NCBI RefSeq assembly: GCF_009914755.1
Contig: NC_060929.1
Direction: 5' to 3' (one strand)
From: the human T2T-CHM13v2.0 reference genome, Homo sapiens
Length of the DNA: 64,000 nt
Position numbers and translations under genes: made by a program. Below the pieces are notes generated by a model. The model was not told where the DNA came from, did no database searches, and saw only the letters and a list, made by a program, of their open reading frames with translations. The stretch's first letter is position 1. The number at the start of each line of letters is the position of its first letter. Positions 1 through 12,800 of this stretch are shown piece by piece.

Positions 1-401
1 TAAATTTTGAATTAGAGAAGAATGGAAAAGATACATTTGTTTGTCTTAGTTTTAATCAATCGATCTTGATTTTTTTGTGTGTTTTTATTTCAAACATTAT
101 GTTTGAGACTTGTGTTTTTCTTATGCATGAATCAGATTTCCCTCCTTTCCCAGTATTTAAAAATACCTAGAGAATAGGGGTTCTGGACATGTTTCAGATA
201 TCTTATGTTTTGCTTTTCTTCATTTTTTATTCCTTCTTTTTCACCTTTTAATACCTCTTACCACAGATCATGTTTGGACTATTTTAGTGGCTTTCATTAT
301 TATACTAAATTATTTTTATTTGGGGAAGCCTTATGTATGAAAAATGTTTGAATTATGATTAAGTATTAGTGAAGTTACACAGAAAAAATTTGTGATTCCA
401 G

Positions 402-504
402 GGTGACTTCAGAGAAGATAATTTTAATACTGCAATGCAAGTGCTTCGAGATGCAGGTGATTTGGCCAAAGGAGACCAGAAAGGGCGGAAAGGAGGAACA
501 AAAG
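402..504 (+). CDS. MTREX: MTREX internal coding exon (GDFREDNF...RKGGTK), phase 0-1, 103 nt
   Basis: ccag|GGT acceptor, AAAG|gtaatt donor; translation matches MTR4 and joins the next exon in frame. Confidence 0.95.
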
Positions 505-639
505 GTAATTTGGAACTTTGCTTTGAGAGAATTTTACATGTAAATTGTATATTCAGATTACTCTGATATTTTTTGTCTTAGTTTTTTTTTCTCAAGCTAT
601 GTAAAGGTCTAGACGATATGTGATAAAATTGGATAAATA

Positions 640-2300
640 TTTATCTTTTTTGTATGACATTAAGTATAATTTACATACTATAAAATTCACTCATCTAAGT
701 ATACAATTCAGTAGTCTTTAGTATATTTACAGAATTGTGCAGCCATCACCACTGTCTAGTTCCAAAATATTTTCATGAACCCAAAAAGAAACCCTGTACA
801 CATTAACAGTTATTCTCCCTTTTCCCCCAACCTTTCCCTTCTCATCCCGCAGACTTAGTTAATCATTAGCCTGTTTTCGATCTCTGTGGCTTTCCCTTGT
901 CTGTGCATTTCATGTTTGGAGCAACTGGCTTCTTTCACTTAATGTAATGTTTTCAAGGTTCGTTACTTTTAATTTTTTTTTTTTTTTTTTTTGAGACAGT
1001 GTCTCGCTCTGTCACCCAGGCTGGAGTACACTGGTGCTGTCTTGGCTCATTGCAACTTTCTGCCTCCTGGGTTCAAGTGATTCTCCTGCCTCAGCCTCCC
1101 AAGTAGCTGGGATTATAGGCACCTGCCACCATGCCTGGATAATTTTTGTATTTTTAGTAGAGACGGGGTTTCACTGTGTTGGCTAGGCAGATCTCAAACT
1201 CCTGACCTGAAGTGATATGCCCATCGTGGCCTCCCAAGTGATGGGATTACAGGTGTGAGCCACTGTGCCCGGCTATTTTGTTCATTTTATGCTATATGTA
1301 CTCATTCCTTTTCATGGTTAAATAACATTCCATTGTATGGATATACCACATTTTGTTTCTCCATTCATCATTGGATGGACTTTTGGGTTTTTCTGGTTTT
1401 TGACTGTTAGGAATGCTGTTGTAAACATTGATGCATGTACTATTTAATACAAGTTTTTGTGTGAATAGGTGTTTTCCTCTGGATATGTACCTAGGAGTGG
1501 AATTGCTGCACCATGTGGAAAGTCTATGTTTCACCTTTTGAGAAACTGCCAAAGTATTTTCCAAAGTGGCTATACCATTTTACATTTCCTTCCAGGAATG
1601 TGTGAGGGTTCCATTTTCTCTATATCCTTTGTATCACCGTACTCCTCCTCCATAGAAACAGAGGCATCTTTCTGTAATTACAGCATCCCTGGGCTAGGTA
1701 ATGGGTAAATGAAACAGATTATGTATTTTGCCCTGATTTCCCATTTGGAAAGATGGTGGTATAATTTGATGGATCTAATTTTTTCACATATAATTTTTCC
1801 ACGATACTTAGTATTGTATGTCTGATTATAGTCATCCTATTGAATGTGAAGTGGTATCTTAATGTGGTTTCAGTTTACATTTCCCTGGTGGCTAATGATG
1901 TTGAACATTTTTTCATGTGCTTATTGGCCATTTGCATATTCTTTCTCTATTTTAAAAGTATGTTTTTTTATTGTTGTTGTTGAATTATGATAGTTCTTTA
2001 CATATTCTGGATACTAGACCCTTATCAGATAGATGATTTGCAAATATCTCCCCCCATTCTGTTTGAGGTTGTCTTTTTACTTTATTGATGGTATCCATGA
2101 AATCACAAAAGTTTTTCACTTTGATGAAGTCCAGTTCATGCATTTTTTTCCTTATGTTGTTTATGCTTTTGTTGTCATATCTAAGAATGCTTTGTCTAAC
2201 CCACGGTCAGGAAGATTTATTCCTATATTTTCTCTTAAAAGTTTTATAGTTTTAGCTTTTAAATTTAGATCTGTGATCTATTTTGAGTTAATTTTGGTGT
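640..2300 (-). mobile_element. Old L1 (L1M-type) 3' portion, split by an Alu and a short unrelated insert
   Basis: Typical L1 3' motifs on the - strand (ORFs 1292..1564, 2033..2347 are L1-derived). Confidence 0.8.
973..1273 (-). mobile_element. Alu (AluS-like)
   Basis: poly-T followed by reverse-complement Alu dimer. Confidence 0.95.
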
Positions 2301-2320
2301 GTTGTTTACTGTTTTTGCAG

Positions 2321-2452
2321 GACCATCAAATGTTTTCAAAATTGTGAAGATGATTATGGAAAGAAATTTCCAACCTGTGATTATTTTCAGTTTTAGTAAG
2401 AAAGATTGTGAAGCCTATGCACTTCAAATGACCAAATTAGATTTCAACACAG
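2321..2452 (+). CDS. MTREX: MTREX exon (GPSNVFKIVK...PVIIFSFSKKDCE...DFNT), helicase motif IV, phase 1-1, 132 nt
   Basis: gcag|GA acceptor, CAG|gtacta donor; core of ORF 2299..2490. Confidence 0.97.
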
Positions 2453-2992
2453 GTACTACATCATTTCAGTATCATTTTAATGTTATGTGAAAATGAGCGT
2501 AAAATATATTTCTAGTAATATTTTTATCTGTTACATATTACTAGGATATGCCATTCACCTTACAGTTACAGCAGTACTCAGCACATTTGTAAAAGCTTTA
2601 AAGGCCTTTGACTTATACTTTCTTCCCTTTCTTCTCCTTTTATTGAAAGATATGAGTACATTGTTCTATTTAAAATTTGGAGAACCCTATGAAAAATATT
2701 AGAATCATGCCTTCTTATACTTTGTTACCGTAAACTCCTCAGTTATTGTGGCTCTCTATTTGACCACTTAAGGGTAGGTCTCATAGCTTGGTTAGACCAC
2801 CTTCTATATAGAAAATACCATGCTTCATTCTCACTGAAGTCTAAACCAGTAAGACCTGCCCTTTGCTTAACTATTTTGTAATTCTCAATCAAAGTGATAT
2901 AACTTCTAGCAAATCGGTAAATTATTCCTATACATTAATTGCAAAAGTAATTCACTTGAAGTCACACAGTTAAGACAGTAGCACAACCTGGC

Positions 2993-3740
2993 TGTCTTAG
3001 TCCATTTTGTGTTGCTGTGACAGAATAGCTGAGACTAGTGCATTTTCACGCTGCTGATAAAGACATACCCAAGACTGGGCAATTTACAAAGAAAATAGGT
3101 TTAATGGACTCACAGTTCCACGTGGCTGGGGATGCCTCACAATCATGGTGGAAGGCAAGGAGGAGCAAGTCACATCTTACTTGGGTGGCAGCAGGCAAAG
3201 AGAGGGAGCTTGTGCAGGAAAACTCCCATTTTCAAAACCATCAGATCTCATGAGACTTAGTCACTGTCACGAGAGCAGCACAGGAAAGAGACACCCGCAT
3301 GATTCAGTCATCTACTGGGTCCCTCCCACAACACATGGGAATCATGGGAACTACAAGATGAGTTTTGGGTGGGGACACAGAGCCAAACCATATCACTAGG
3401 TAATTTATGAAAGGCAGAAATTTATTTCTTATAGTTTGAGAGGCTGGAAATCCAATTTGAGGGACCCAGCACATCTAGTGAGGGCCTTTTTTGTCGTGGA
3501 ATCCCACGGCTGAAGACAGTAGGGCAGGAGAGCATGCAAGAGAGAGGGTGGGAGAAGGGGGCTGAACTCATCTTTTTATCAGGAACGCATACCAGTGATA
3601 ACTAACCCACTCCTCTGATAAAGGCATTAATCCATTCATGAGGACCCTGTCTCTTAAAGGCCCTACCTCTCAACACTGTTTCATTGTGGATTAAGGGGTC
3701 AGCACATTAACTTTAGGGGGACACATTCAAACCAAACCAC
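2993..3740 (-). mobile_element. MaLR LTR (MST/MLT1A-like) interrupted by a THE1 LTR
   Basis: tgtcttagtccattttgtgttgctg...ggggacacattcaaacc ends. Confidence 0.75.
3038..3395 (-). mobile_element. THE1-family solo LTR nested in the MST-like LTR
   Basis: gctgctgataaagacatacccaagactggg...gagccaaaccatatca; ctag on both flanks. Confidence 0.85.
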
Positions 3741-4459
3741 TGGCCAAGAATTGCAGTGTGCTGAATACCAACCCGATTATCTTTCAACTCTGCCTTTTGC
3801 ACATGTAATCCAGTACAGTGAAAAGTAAATAATATCTTAAGCCATCCAAATTTAAATTTCAGTTGTATTGTTTTCTTTATCAAGGCAGGTTTTGTTTTTT
3901 TATCTGTGCATTTTAAAGCTAATTCCTACTTTTCCATGAGTAAAAGTAACAAATGACAGATAGCTGACATAGCCTTCTAAAGCCACTAATAGTTTGTGTT
4001 TTTTTAAAGACTGAATTGTTCTGCCCATAAATGTTTTCTCTTACCTACAAGTGCCGAATAAACTTAAAGTTGCAGGGTTGCATACTGATTAACAAATATT
4101 TATTCAGTTTAACAAATGCTTAATACATATTATTTGATAGACACTGTACAAGAAGGCAGTGCAATGGTTAAGAAAGAGCATGGGCTTTGGAATTGTTTTT
4201 CTCACAGTTAATAGTGGTGCTAATTATTAAAAACTAAGTTTCACTTTACTTAGTAGTAAAATGTAGATAATAATAGTTCCTGTGTCCTGTAATTGTTAGA
4301 CTTAAATGTTGTATGTAAAGCACCAGATGTGGTTATTGTTACTATTTTTGTAAGATAGTACTTTTTTCATGAATTAAGTCTACTAGATATGTTTTGAAAG
4401 GCAGAGAATTATATTGATTATGTGGTAATTTTTATCTACTTTCTGCTTGACCATCTTAA

Positions 4460-4796
<337 letters not shown>

Positions 4797-4880
4797 TTTA
4801 GATTCTTATTCTTTGTAATGTGTGAAGTTTGGTATCACTAACTCATTTTGATATTTCTGTACCCTTGAATTTTCTCCTAG

Positions 4881-4960
4881 ATGAAGAAAAGAAGATGGTT
4901 GAAGAAGTATTCAGTAATGCAATTGATTGCTTATCCGATGAAGATAAAAAACTCCCTCAG
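4881..4960 (+). CDS. MTREX: MTREX exon (DEEKKMVEEVFSNAIDCLSDEDKKLPQ), phase 1-0, 80 nt
   Basis: ctcctag|AT acceptor, CAG|gtgagt donor; frame consistent with neighbours. Confidence 0.96.
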
Positions 4961-5374
4961 GTGAGTTTTCAGTATCAGTAGATAAAAGTGTAGATAATAA
5001 TAGATTGCATATATTCACTTTACATTGCTTGGTTTTATTACTCTATTGCACTTTTCACACACTGTAGCATATGGGTTGTGATATGCCCTTAATGATACTT
5101 TGACTTTTACTTTAAACTTCAAAAAGGCAATAGGAAGAAAGATTTGCTGCCTGAAGGAACTTTTCTCTGAGAGCTAGTATGGTGTGAAAATTACTGCTAG
5201 TGTTCTCAGTATTACAGAATTTTTAATGCTAGTTTTAAGTCATTAACTTTTTTAATCCAGAAGGCTACCACATAAAATAAAAGAGAACACTTACTGAAAA
5301 TCATGTGTTTAGTGAGGAATTTAACATACCTACTTTGCCTTAATCCAGTGTATTTTTGCTTTGACTGTTGAAAC

Positions 5375-5525
5375 AGCCTGGGAATTCCAAAATATGCTGA
5401 TGCTTTTGTGCCACTTCCAGAGATTCTGATTTAATTGATCTGATGTACATTCTGGACATCAGAATCTTTTAAAGGCCCCCCAGGTGATTCTGCTGTGCAT
5501 CCAGAGCTGAGAAATAGTGCTTTAG
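5375..5525. mobile_element. MER5A-like hAT-Charlie MITE
   Basis: cagagattctgatttaattg...ccccaggtgattct...gagctgagaa motifs. Confidence 0.65.
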
Positions 5526-6226
5526 ACTGGTATGAAAGTTTTGTTGAGTGGAAAGAAACATTGGGAGATCATCATACTCTCCTTTACAGATGAATGCCTT
5601 GATTTGTAAGGGATTTTCCATAAGACTGTGATAACATGTTTCTTGCTATTTGAAAAGGGTATTTAATGTATAAACTTTTTTGTAGTTTTTCTTCCTGGCT
5701 GAATTATTAGTATCTAAGGGCTGAGCCATGTTTTTATACATCTTTGTTATAGCGCACTTCTAGTAGTAAGTATTTAATGGCGTTTGATAGATTGTTGAAA
5801 GAATTCTTCAATAATTGGTTTATTTTTAGATTAAGTACATATTCATGTTAAATATGTGTTACAGTGATTTATTTTTTGGGGGTTTGAGTTGCCAGTATCT
5901 TTTAAGTTTATTTTCTACAGGCAAAAACTCTGCCCCTATAATGTGTAATTGTTTTTTGAGGAGATGAAGTGATGCTGGAAAATTTAAGACAGCAAAGCAT
6001 TTGTAAAGTATACTTACTATATGCCTTTCCTATGAGCTTGGCCAGAATTATATTGAATTTAATAATCCGTGAGAATATAGGTTTGAGTTTTGCTTTTATT
6101 CTGGAAAGATTTTATTAAGTTTCTTTAAAGAGAAAGCATTCTTTACTGTTTTTCTTAATTTAGTTTAACATTTTAAAAATCCTTTTCTCACATCATTATA
6201 AAATCAGTGTTATTCCAAAATCACAG

Positions 6227-6337
6227 GTAGAACATGTACTTCCTCTTTTGAAGAGGGGAATTGGTATTCACCATGGTGGTTTACTTCCTATTTTGAAAGA
6301 AACTATAGAAATTCTCTTTTCTGAAGGATTGATAAAG
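6227..6337 (+). CDS. MTREX: MTREX exon ([37 protein letters not shown]), 111 nt
   Basis: cacag|GTA, AAG|gtatgg; Ski2-like GIGIHHGGL motif. Confidence 0.97.
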
Positions 6338-6558
6338 GTATGGTTTTATTTTTATTTTTTATGCCCCCATATCATGTTGTATGAAGAGTTTGAAAATGAG
6401 AGAACATTGTTTATAGGCAATATGTGTGTTTTTAACAAGGCTTAATGAAATGACTTAAATAATGAACTTAATTTTTATATATGATGTTATACTTAAATAA
6501 ATCTTGAAGTGTAGGTAAAAAAAAAACATTTGTTTCCTTTCTTCAAGAATGTAGTGGT

Positions 6559-6961
<403 letters not shown>

Positions 6962-7150
6962 TTAGTTTAGAGAAGACAAGGAAATTGCTGGTTAGACTTA
7001 GGAAAGAGAGTTTTTTTAATATTCTAATTTAAACCAAAGAGCATCTGATTTACTTTTTTTAAATGATATTGATATTTATACCAAGAAATGGGATATTAAA
7101 AATGGGAAACAACATCAAAATGTAATCATAAGTCTATATATGACTCATAC

Positions 7151-7317
7151 TTTTTTTTTTTTTTTTGAGGCAGAATCTTGCTCTGTCACCCAGGTTGGAG
7201 TGCAGTAGCACCTCTGCCTCCTGGGTTCAAGCAGTTCTCCTGCCTCAGCCTCCCAAGTAGCTGGGACTACAGGAGCATACCACCATCCCCAACTAATTTT
7301 TTTTTCTTGTTTTTTGT

Positions 7318-7370
<53 letters not shown>

Positions 7371-7486
7371 TTTGTAGAGATGGGGTTTCACCATGTTGGC
7401 CAGGCTGGTCTTGAACTCCTGACCTTAAGTGATCCTCCCACCTCAGCCTCCCAAAGTGCTGGGATTATAGGTTACCATGCCCAGCC
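7151..7486 (-). mobile_element. Alu with (TTTTG)n expansion in its linker
   Basis: TSD ctcatac; microsatellite about 7305-7372. Confidence 0.93.
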
Positions 7487-8475
7487 TCATACATTATGTT
7501 TAAAAATTATTAGAATTTTAAAAATCAAATGTGAGATTTATCATGAGAACCTCAGCACTAAGTAAAATATTTAAGATAAATTTACTTATCTTGAAGAACA
7601 TATTTGAAGTCACTTAGATAATGAATTTTATACTTACTTAGATCCTGGTATGTCCCTTCTAGATTGTATATTTTGCTGAGCCCTACTTTTTAAGGATCTT
7701 TTAAAAAATACACAAGCAGTACTTGTTGGGTGTAAAATTCAAATAGAGCAGTTGTATGTAAAGTAAAAAAATGAAAGATCATCCCATCACTTGCCAGAAA
7801 TATCTACTAGTATACATACAAATAATGCATTAGTCATTTTGTAAACAACAAAAAAAGTCATTATACTACCCCTATTATATAATTTCATCATATGTCAGAT
7901 TCTTTTTCATTCTTTTTAATGAATGAATAGTATGCTATTGAGATGATGAACTAAAATATTTTTACTTCTTTCCTAGAGAATTTAGTACTTCAGTGACTTT
8001 ACTTATACATATATCCTTTTGTACCTAAACCACTATTTTTGTTGGTCTTAGAAGTGAATTACAGAGTCAGTGATTCTAGTCTTCCTTGAGAGATCTTCTA
8101 ATACTGAAGTGGTCCTCAAAATCACTGTGTCATCAGTTGCAAAGGCCAGGAAATGTGTTCGTGTTTAGAAAAATATTCTATGACCTAAAACTTTGTTCGT
8201 AAGACCAGTGTGTATTCTCTCTAGTTGGCACTGTTAGAATTTAAGAAAGTCTGTTTTCCCTTAATTACCAAACTTCTGGGCTACGAGAGACATTAAATGT
8301 TAATTAATAATTTTATATATAAAATACGAAATAGGTTTGAGAACATATTGTTTGTTATTTTTGTAGGATCTCATTAACTAATTTTAAAGATTAATAATGC
8401 ATTTACTTAAAAATTATAAAACCAGATTTTCAGCTTAAAATACATGTTTAATTATAGAATTACTTATTTACTTAG

Positions 8476-8577
8476 GCCTTATTTGCCACGGAGACCTTTG
8501 CTATGGGAATTAACATGCCAGCTAGAACTGTTTTATTTACAAATGCCCGCAAATTTGATGGGAAGGATTTCCGATGG
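8476..8577 (+). CDS. MTREX: MTREX exon ([19 protein letters not shown]...KFDGKDFRW), motif V, 102 nt
   Basis: cttag|GCC, TGG|gtaagt; [13 protein letters not shown] motif. Confidence 0.97.
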
Positions 8578-8728
8578 GTAAGTAAAGCAATTCATATATC
8601 AAAATAATTTTTGTCTTTGTTATACTATAGATAACTGGCTTACATAGTCTTTGAGATTTTAAGTCCCACCTACTTAAGAACTTGAACCTGAGCTAATACA
8701 GTTTCATCAAGGTTAAACCTTGGCTTTT

Positions 8729-9030
8729 GGCCATTTGTGGTGGCTTAGGCTTATAATCACAGCACTTTGGGAGGCCAAGGTGGGAGGATGATTTAAGGCC
8801 AGGAGTTTGAGACCAGCCTGGGCAACATAGCGAGACCCCATCTCTACAAAAAATGCAAAAATCACCTGGGAGTGGTGATGTGCACCTGTAGTCGCAGCTA
8901 CTTGAGAGGCTGAGGTGGAAGAATCACTTGAGCCCAGGAGGTCAAGGCTCCAGTGAGCTGTGATTGCACCACTGTACTCGAGCCTTGAGGACAGAGTGAG
9001 ACCCTGTCTCTGAATAAATTAATTAATTGA
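8729..9030 (+). mobile_element. Alu (AluJ-like)
   Basis: Alu dimer sequence. Confidence 0.93.
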
Positions 9031-9865
9031 ACAAACCTCCGTTCCCTTAAATTTTTATCCTAACTCCTTCACTCCTACCTCTCCTTCAAAAAAAAAGAGA
9101 TTCCTTTAAGTGAAGGAGTTTGATGATAGGAGGTTAAGTGTGCAAGTGGTTTATGAATGCTTTAAATCATTTTAAATATGTCTAGAGTTTTCATTTCTTA
9201 AAGTTTAAGGTATTAAAGCACCACTACAGTGGCTGTACTTGCATCTATTTTGCCCTTCAGATTTAAAAAAGAAGTTCTAACAGGTTTGCACACATGTCCA
9301 AGGCAGAAGCAAAGAGAGAAAGTTGGGAGCATAGGTGAAACAATGAACTGGGGTAAAAAGCAAATCCTTAATCCCAAGGCAAGTACTCCATTTAGTAAAC
9401 AATTACCAAACTTAAAATATGAATTTAGAACTCTGTAGGTGACTGGGATGCTGAAGTAGAAACAGAGCAAAAAGACAATCCAGACTCGTTTCTCTTGACA
9501 GATATACAATAAAATGTTATGCTGTAAACACTCTTGAGAAGTATGTTCAGGGATATAGCATAAGAAAGGAAGTCATTTGGGGGTCAGGGAATGCTTCATT
9601 GAAAGGCAGTCCTTAAAATAAGTAACAGCAGATGAGAATTTGCTAAGCAGACAGTAGAATATTGGCGGGGGTGAAAGGAAAGTGATGGAACAAAGATTTC
9701 TAGTTTGAATTCACATAGCCTGGCTTTGGGGAAAATAGTCCTTTATTTAACCTTTTTTCTTTGAAATTGGTGATTCTCTCTGCTTGGAGAAGTTTCTGAA
9801 AGGAATTACAAATCATCAAAATGCTGAAAAGTACCCTCGCTGAAACTGTAAATAAAGGCGAAACA

Positions 9866-12800
9866 TTTTTCATGATGTGTTTTATTTTAAAATGTTGGAT
9901 GCTCTACAAAAGAGGAATACGAGTATGGTGAGGCAGTGACATTTCTGGGCCAGAACTTCTTGGGTCAGGAGGGCCTGGCCCAAGGCTGCCCCTGGGAAAA
10001 GCTGAGTAGAGCTGCTGAGTGGGAGCCAAACCCTCTGTGCTAGCAGGGACTCTGCAGTCTGGCTAAGGCTGGGCCCTAGCCCCTTCCTACCCAATAAAGG
10101 CAGCTGTGGAGAGAGGGAATTTGGGTTCCAGCCTGGTTTGTGGTGGGGGGAAGGTACCATGACAGATTTGAGGATGATTTCTAGTGGACAGCAGTCAACC
10201 AACCGCACCCACCTCCCACAGGGACTCCCTCTAGCCTGAGACTCATCGGGGTCCAGACTGGAAGGCTAATGCCATGAGAGGAAGCAGGCACAGGGTGGAT
10301 TGGGCGAGGGAAGCTCTGAGAAGGTCAGTGCCCAGCCACCCAGGGTTCAGAGACATTTCACACAATATGATTAAGTTTCAGGGAGAGATGCGTAGAAGCT
10401 CAAGAGAAGGAGAGAGTTAAGCAGCCTGGGACCCTCCCTCACAAAGCAACCCTTTCCTTCCTGCTTCCTTGTGGAGGACAGTGGGTGTGCATGATGGGTG
10501 TGTATGATGGATGTGCAGTGATCACTCCCAGGCTCTCTATACTATGCCAGATGCCAGATAGCACCTTCATGCCACTGTAGAAGAGGGAGCACTGGAGCCT
10601 GATGGAAAAGGGCTATGGGCCATATCAAAGGATTGAACCAGGGCTGACAATGGAATCCTAATGGTGAACCCCCTGCCCTCTGCTTTGGCCCTCAAGGGTC
10701 CCATTCCCCAGGTAGCAGCAGTGAGACTCCCTTTAACCCCTCCACTGTTAAGAAGGAGGCACCTGGGGGATGGAATGGACATCCAAGGGGGAAAGGGAGG
10801 TAATAGTGGGCTCTGCAAAGAAGGCATTGAGGGTGGTAGGCTGGTGGGCCAGGGACCCTCTCATAGTCAGAGATAGGCTGGACCCTGGGGCAACCCTGCC
10901 ACCAGCATGGCCACACCATCTAGAAGGGTTAAGGTCCATGCTGTTGCCCTACCACCAGAGCTCTTGGCGAATCCTGGGGCCAGGAGATGTCTTTGTGGGG
11001 GCACCATGGAGAAAGAAATGTCTTGGCTGGGAGGTAGGGGACTGTTTGGATCTAGCCAGGGGCTACGAGTCCAGTCAAGGCATAAGCTTTGTGTTTACCT
11101 GGGCCTCCCACTGGAGCATAATCTTAAGGATCAAGATGCCTTGGAATGTAGAGAGTCAGGGAAGAAGGCTCTGTGGAGGAATGGGGGGTAGTTCTAGAAT
11201 TAACTGTCCCAAAGGGTCCTGAGGCTATAGAACACTCTTCAGCCAGCACTGCTGCCCCGACTTGTTCTGGGGAAGAGTCAAAGGGTTAGGGAGACAGTGA
11301 AGGCCAGGTTCTGTCCTTTCTCCAACTCATACCAGAGCAGTTTCCCACCAAAATGAGTGTCAGTGCCAGACCAGATGCCTCATTCAGGGAGTCACAGACA
11401 GCCCCCTGTGCCACCTCTACTCTTGTCACATATGGCCCAGGCCCATGGCAAGGAGTGGGGCTGCTGAAGGCACAGAGAAGGAAGTGGGACCAGACATTCT
11501 TCACCTTTTGCTTGCTGTATAGACCTATTTCCAGAGAGGGTAACAGTCCTAGATGGTACAGCAATGAATGGCCAGGCTGAGATCATGCTGTGTCTGTACC
11601 AAGCCAGGTGGGTCAGCCATTGTACTGTTGGCTGGTAATGCAAGTTTGAGTTTCTGCAGCTCACGCTCTTGCATGTGACTCAGCTTGGAGCCTGTCAAGT
11701 GGCTTTAACACGTGGACTGGGCATATTTGGTGCTCTGGCAGTGTGAGGAGGCACATTTGAGGAGGTTTTGGGAGATGAACTGGTGCAGATTCTTCGTGGA
11801 TGAAGAGGCTGCCGTGTTTACCACCCACAAGTGTCTCAGGGCCTGCAGTGTAGTCATATGAGCTCCAGGGTCCGCTGTCAGCAGGCAGTCAGTGAAATCC
11901 TTAGCCAGGTTGGACATACTGGGTAGCCAGGGCTCATTCGAGTAACTATACTTGTCTCTGAGGCATGATTGTTGTCCCCAAAGGGCATAGTGCTACTCAG
12001 CAGGATGTAGACGATGATGCCTGGGACCCACACGTGCACTGAATGGTGTAGTACTTGCAGGCCAAAACCTCTGGGGCACGGTATGCTGGTGTGCCATAGG
12101 TGGTCTTCATCAGGCCTTTGTAGTTGTTGCTGTTCTTGCAGGCACTGACCAGATTGAAGTCAGTGATGATGATCTTGGAGTCAGTGCCTGGATGGTGGTA
12201 GAGCAGATTGTGAGGCTTGAGGTCTTGGTTTGTGATGCCCAGTGCATGCAGATACTGGATGCCATCTAGCACCATCTGCAGCATTCACATGGCGTCATGC
12301 TCAGTGAAGGAACCCTTGGTGATGATGTGGTTGAACAGCTCTATGCTAGCAGGGATCAGTTGTATCAACATGTATACATGCTCCTGCATCCTAAACACCT
12401 CCACCGGCTGGACAATGTTGGCATGACGCACCTGGTGCAGCACGCACAGCTCTGACTCCCACACCTCCTACCCCTCCTGGTACTTGATCTCAATTATCTT
12501 GGTGTATGCTGCCAAGTGGCTCAGTGCTCCATGCATACCACTTGGCAGAATCTCCTTTGCCAATTGGGGTCTTCATGTCATACTTAACTGTCATATATGG
12601 GTTGAACTTGGCCCTGTATTTAGCCACCCTGGCTGTGTGATCACAAGGGAGGCTCTTCGTGGCCGGTACTGGGGACACTGCATATTGACTGGCTGCTGGA
12701 AACCTGCCTGCCTCTATGATGAAGTGCTTATACATACCACTCTGAGTGCCACTGAACAGCTGCACCTTCTTGACCAGATCCAGCTAGACATCGTTGGATG

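Noticed and set aside
10567-11664. Cluster of 60-150 aa ORFs on both strands
   Set aside because: They fall in the GC-rich 3'UTR of the PSKH1 retrocopy, where stops are rarer; no recognisable protein.
11705-12765. Kinase ORFs as a functional retrogene
   Set aside because: Stop at codon 3, further stops, frameshifts, an internal deletion and loss of HRD/DFG residues.
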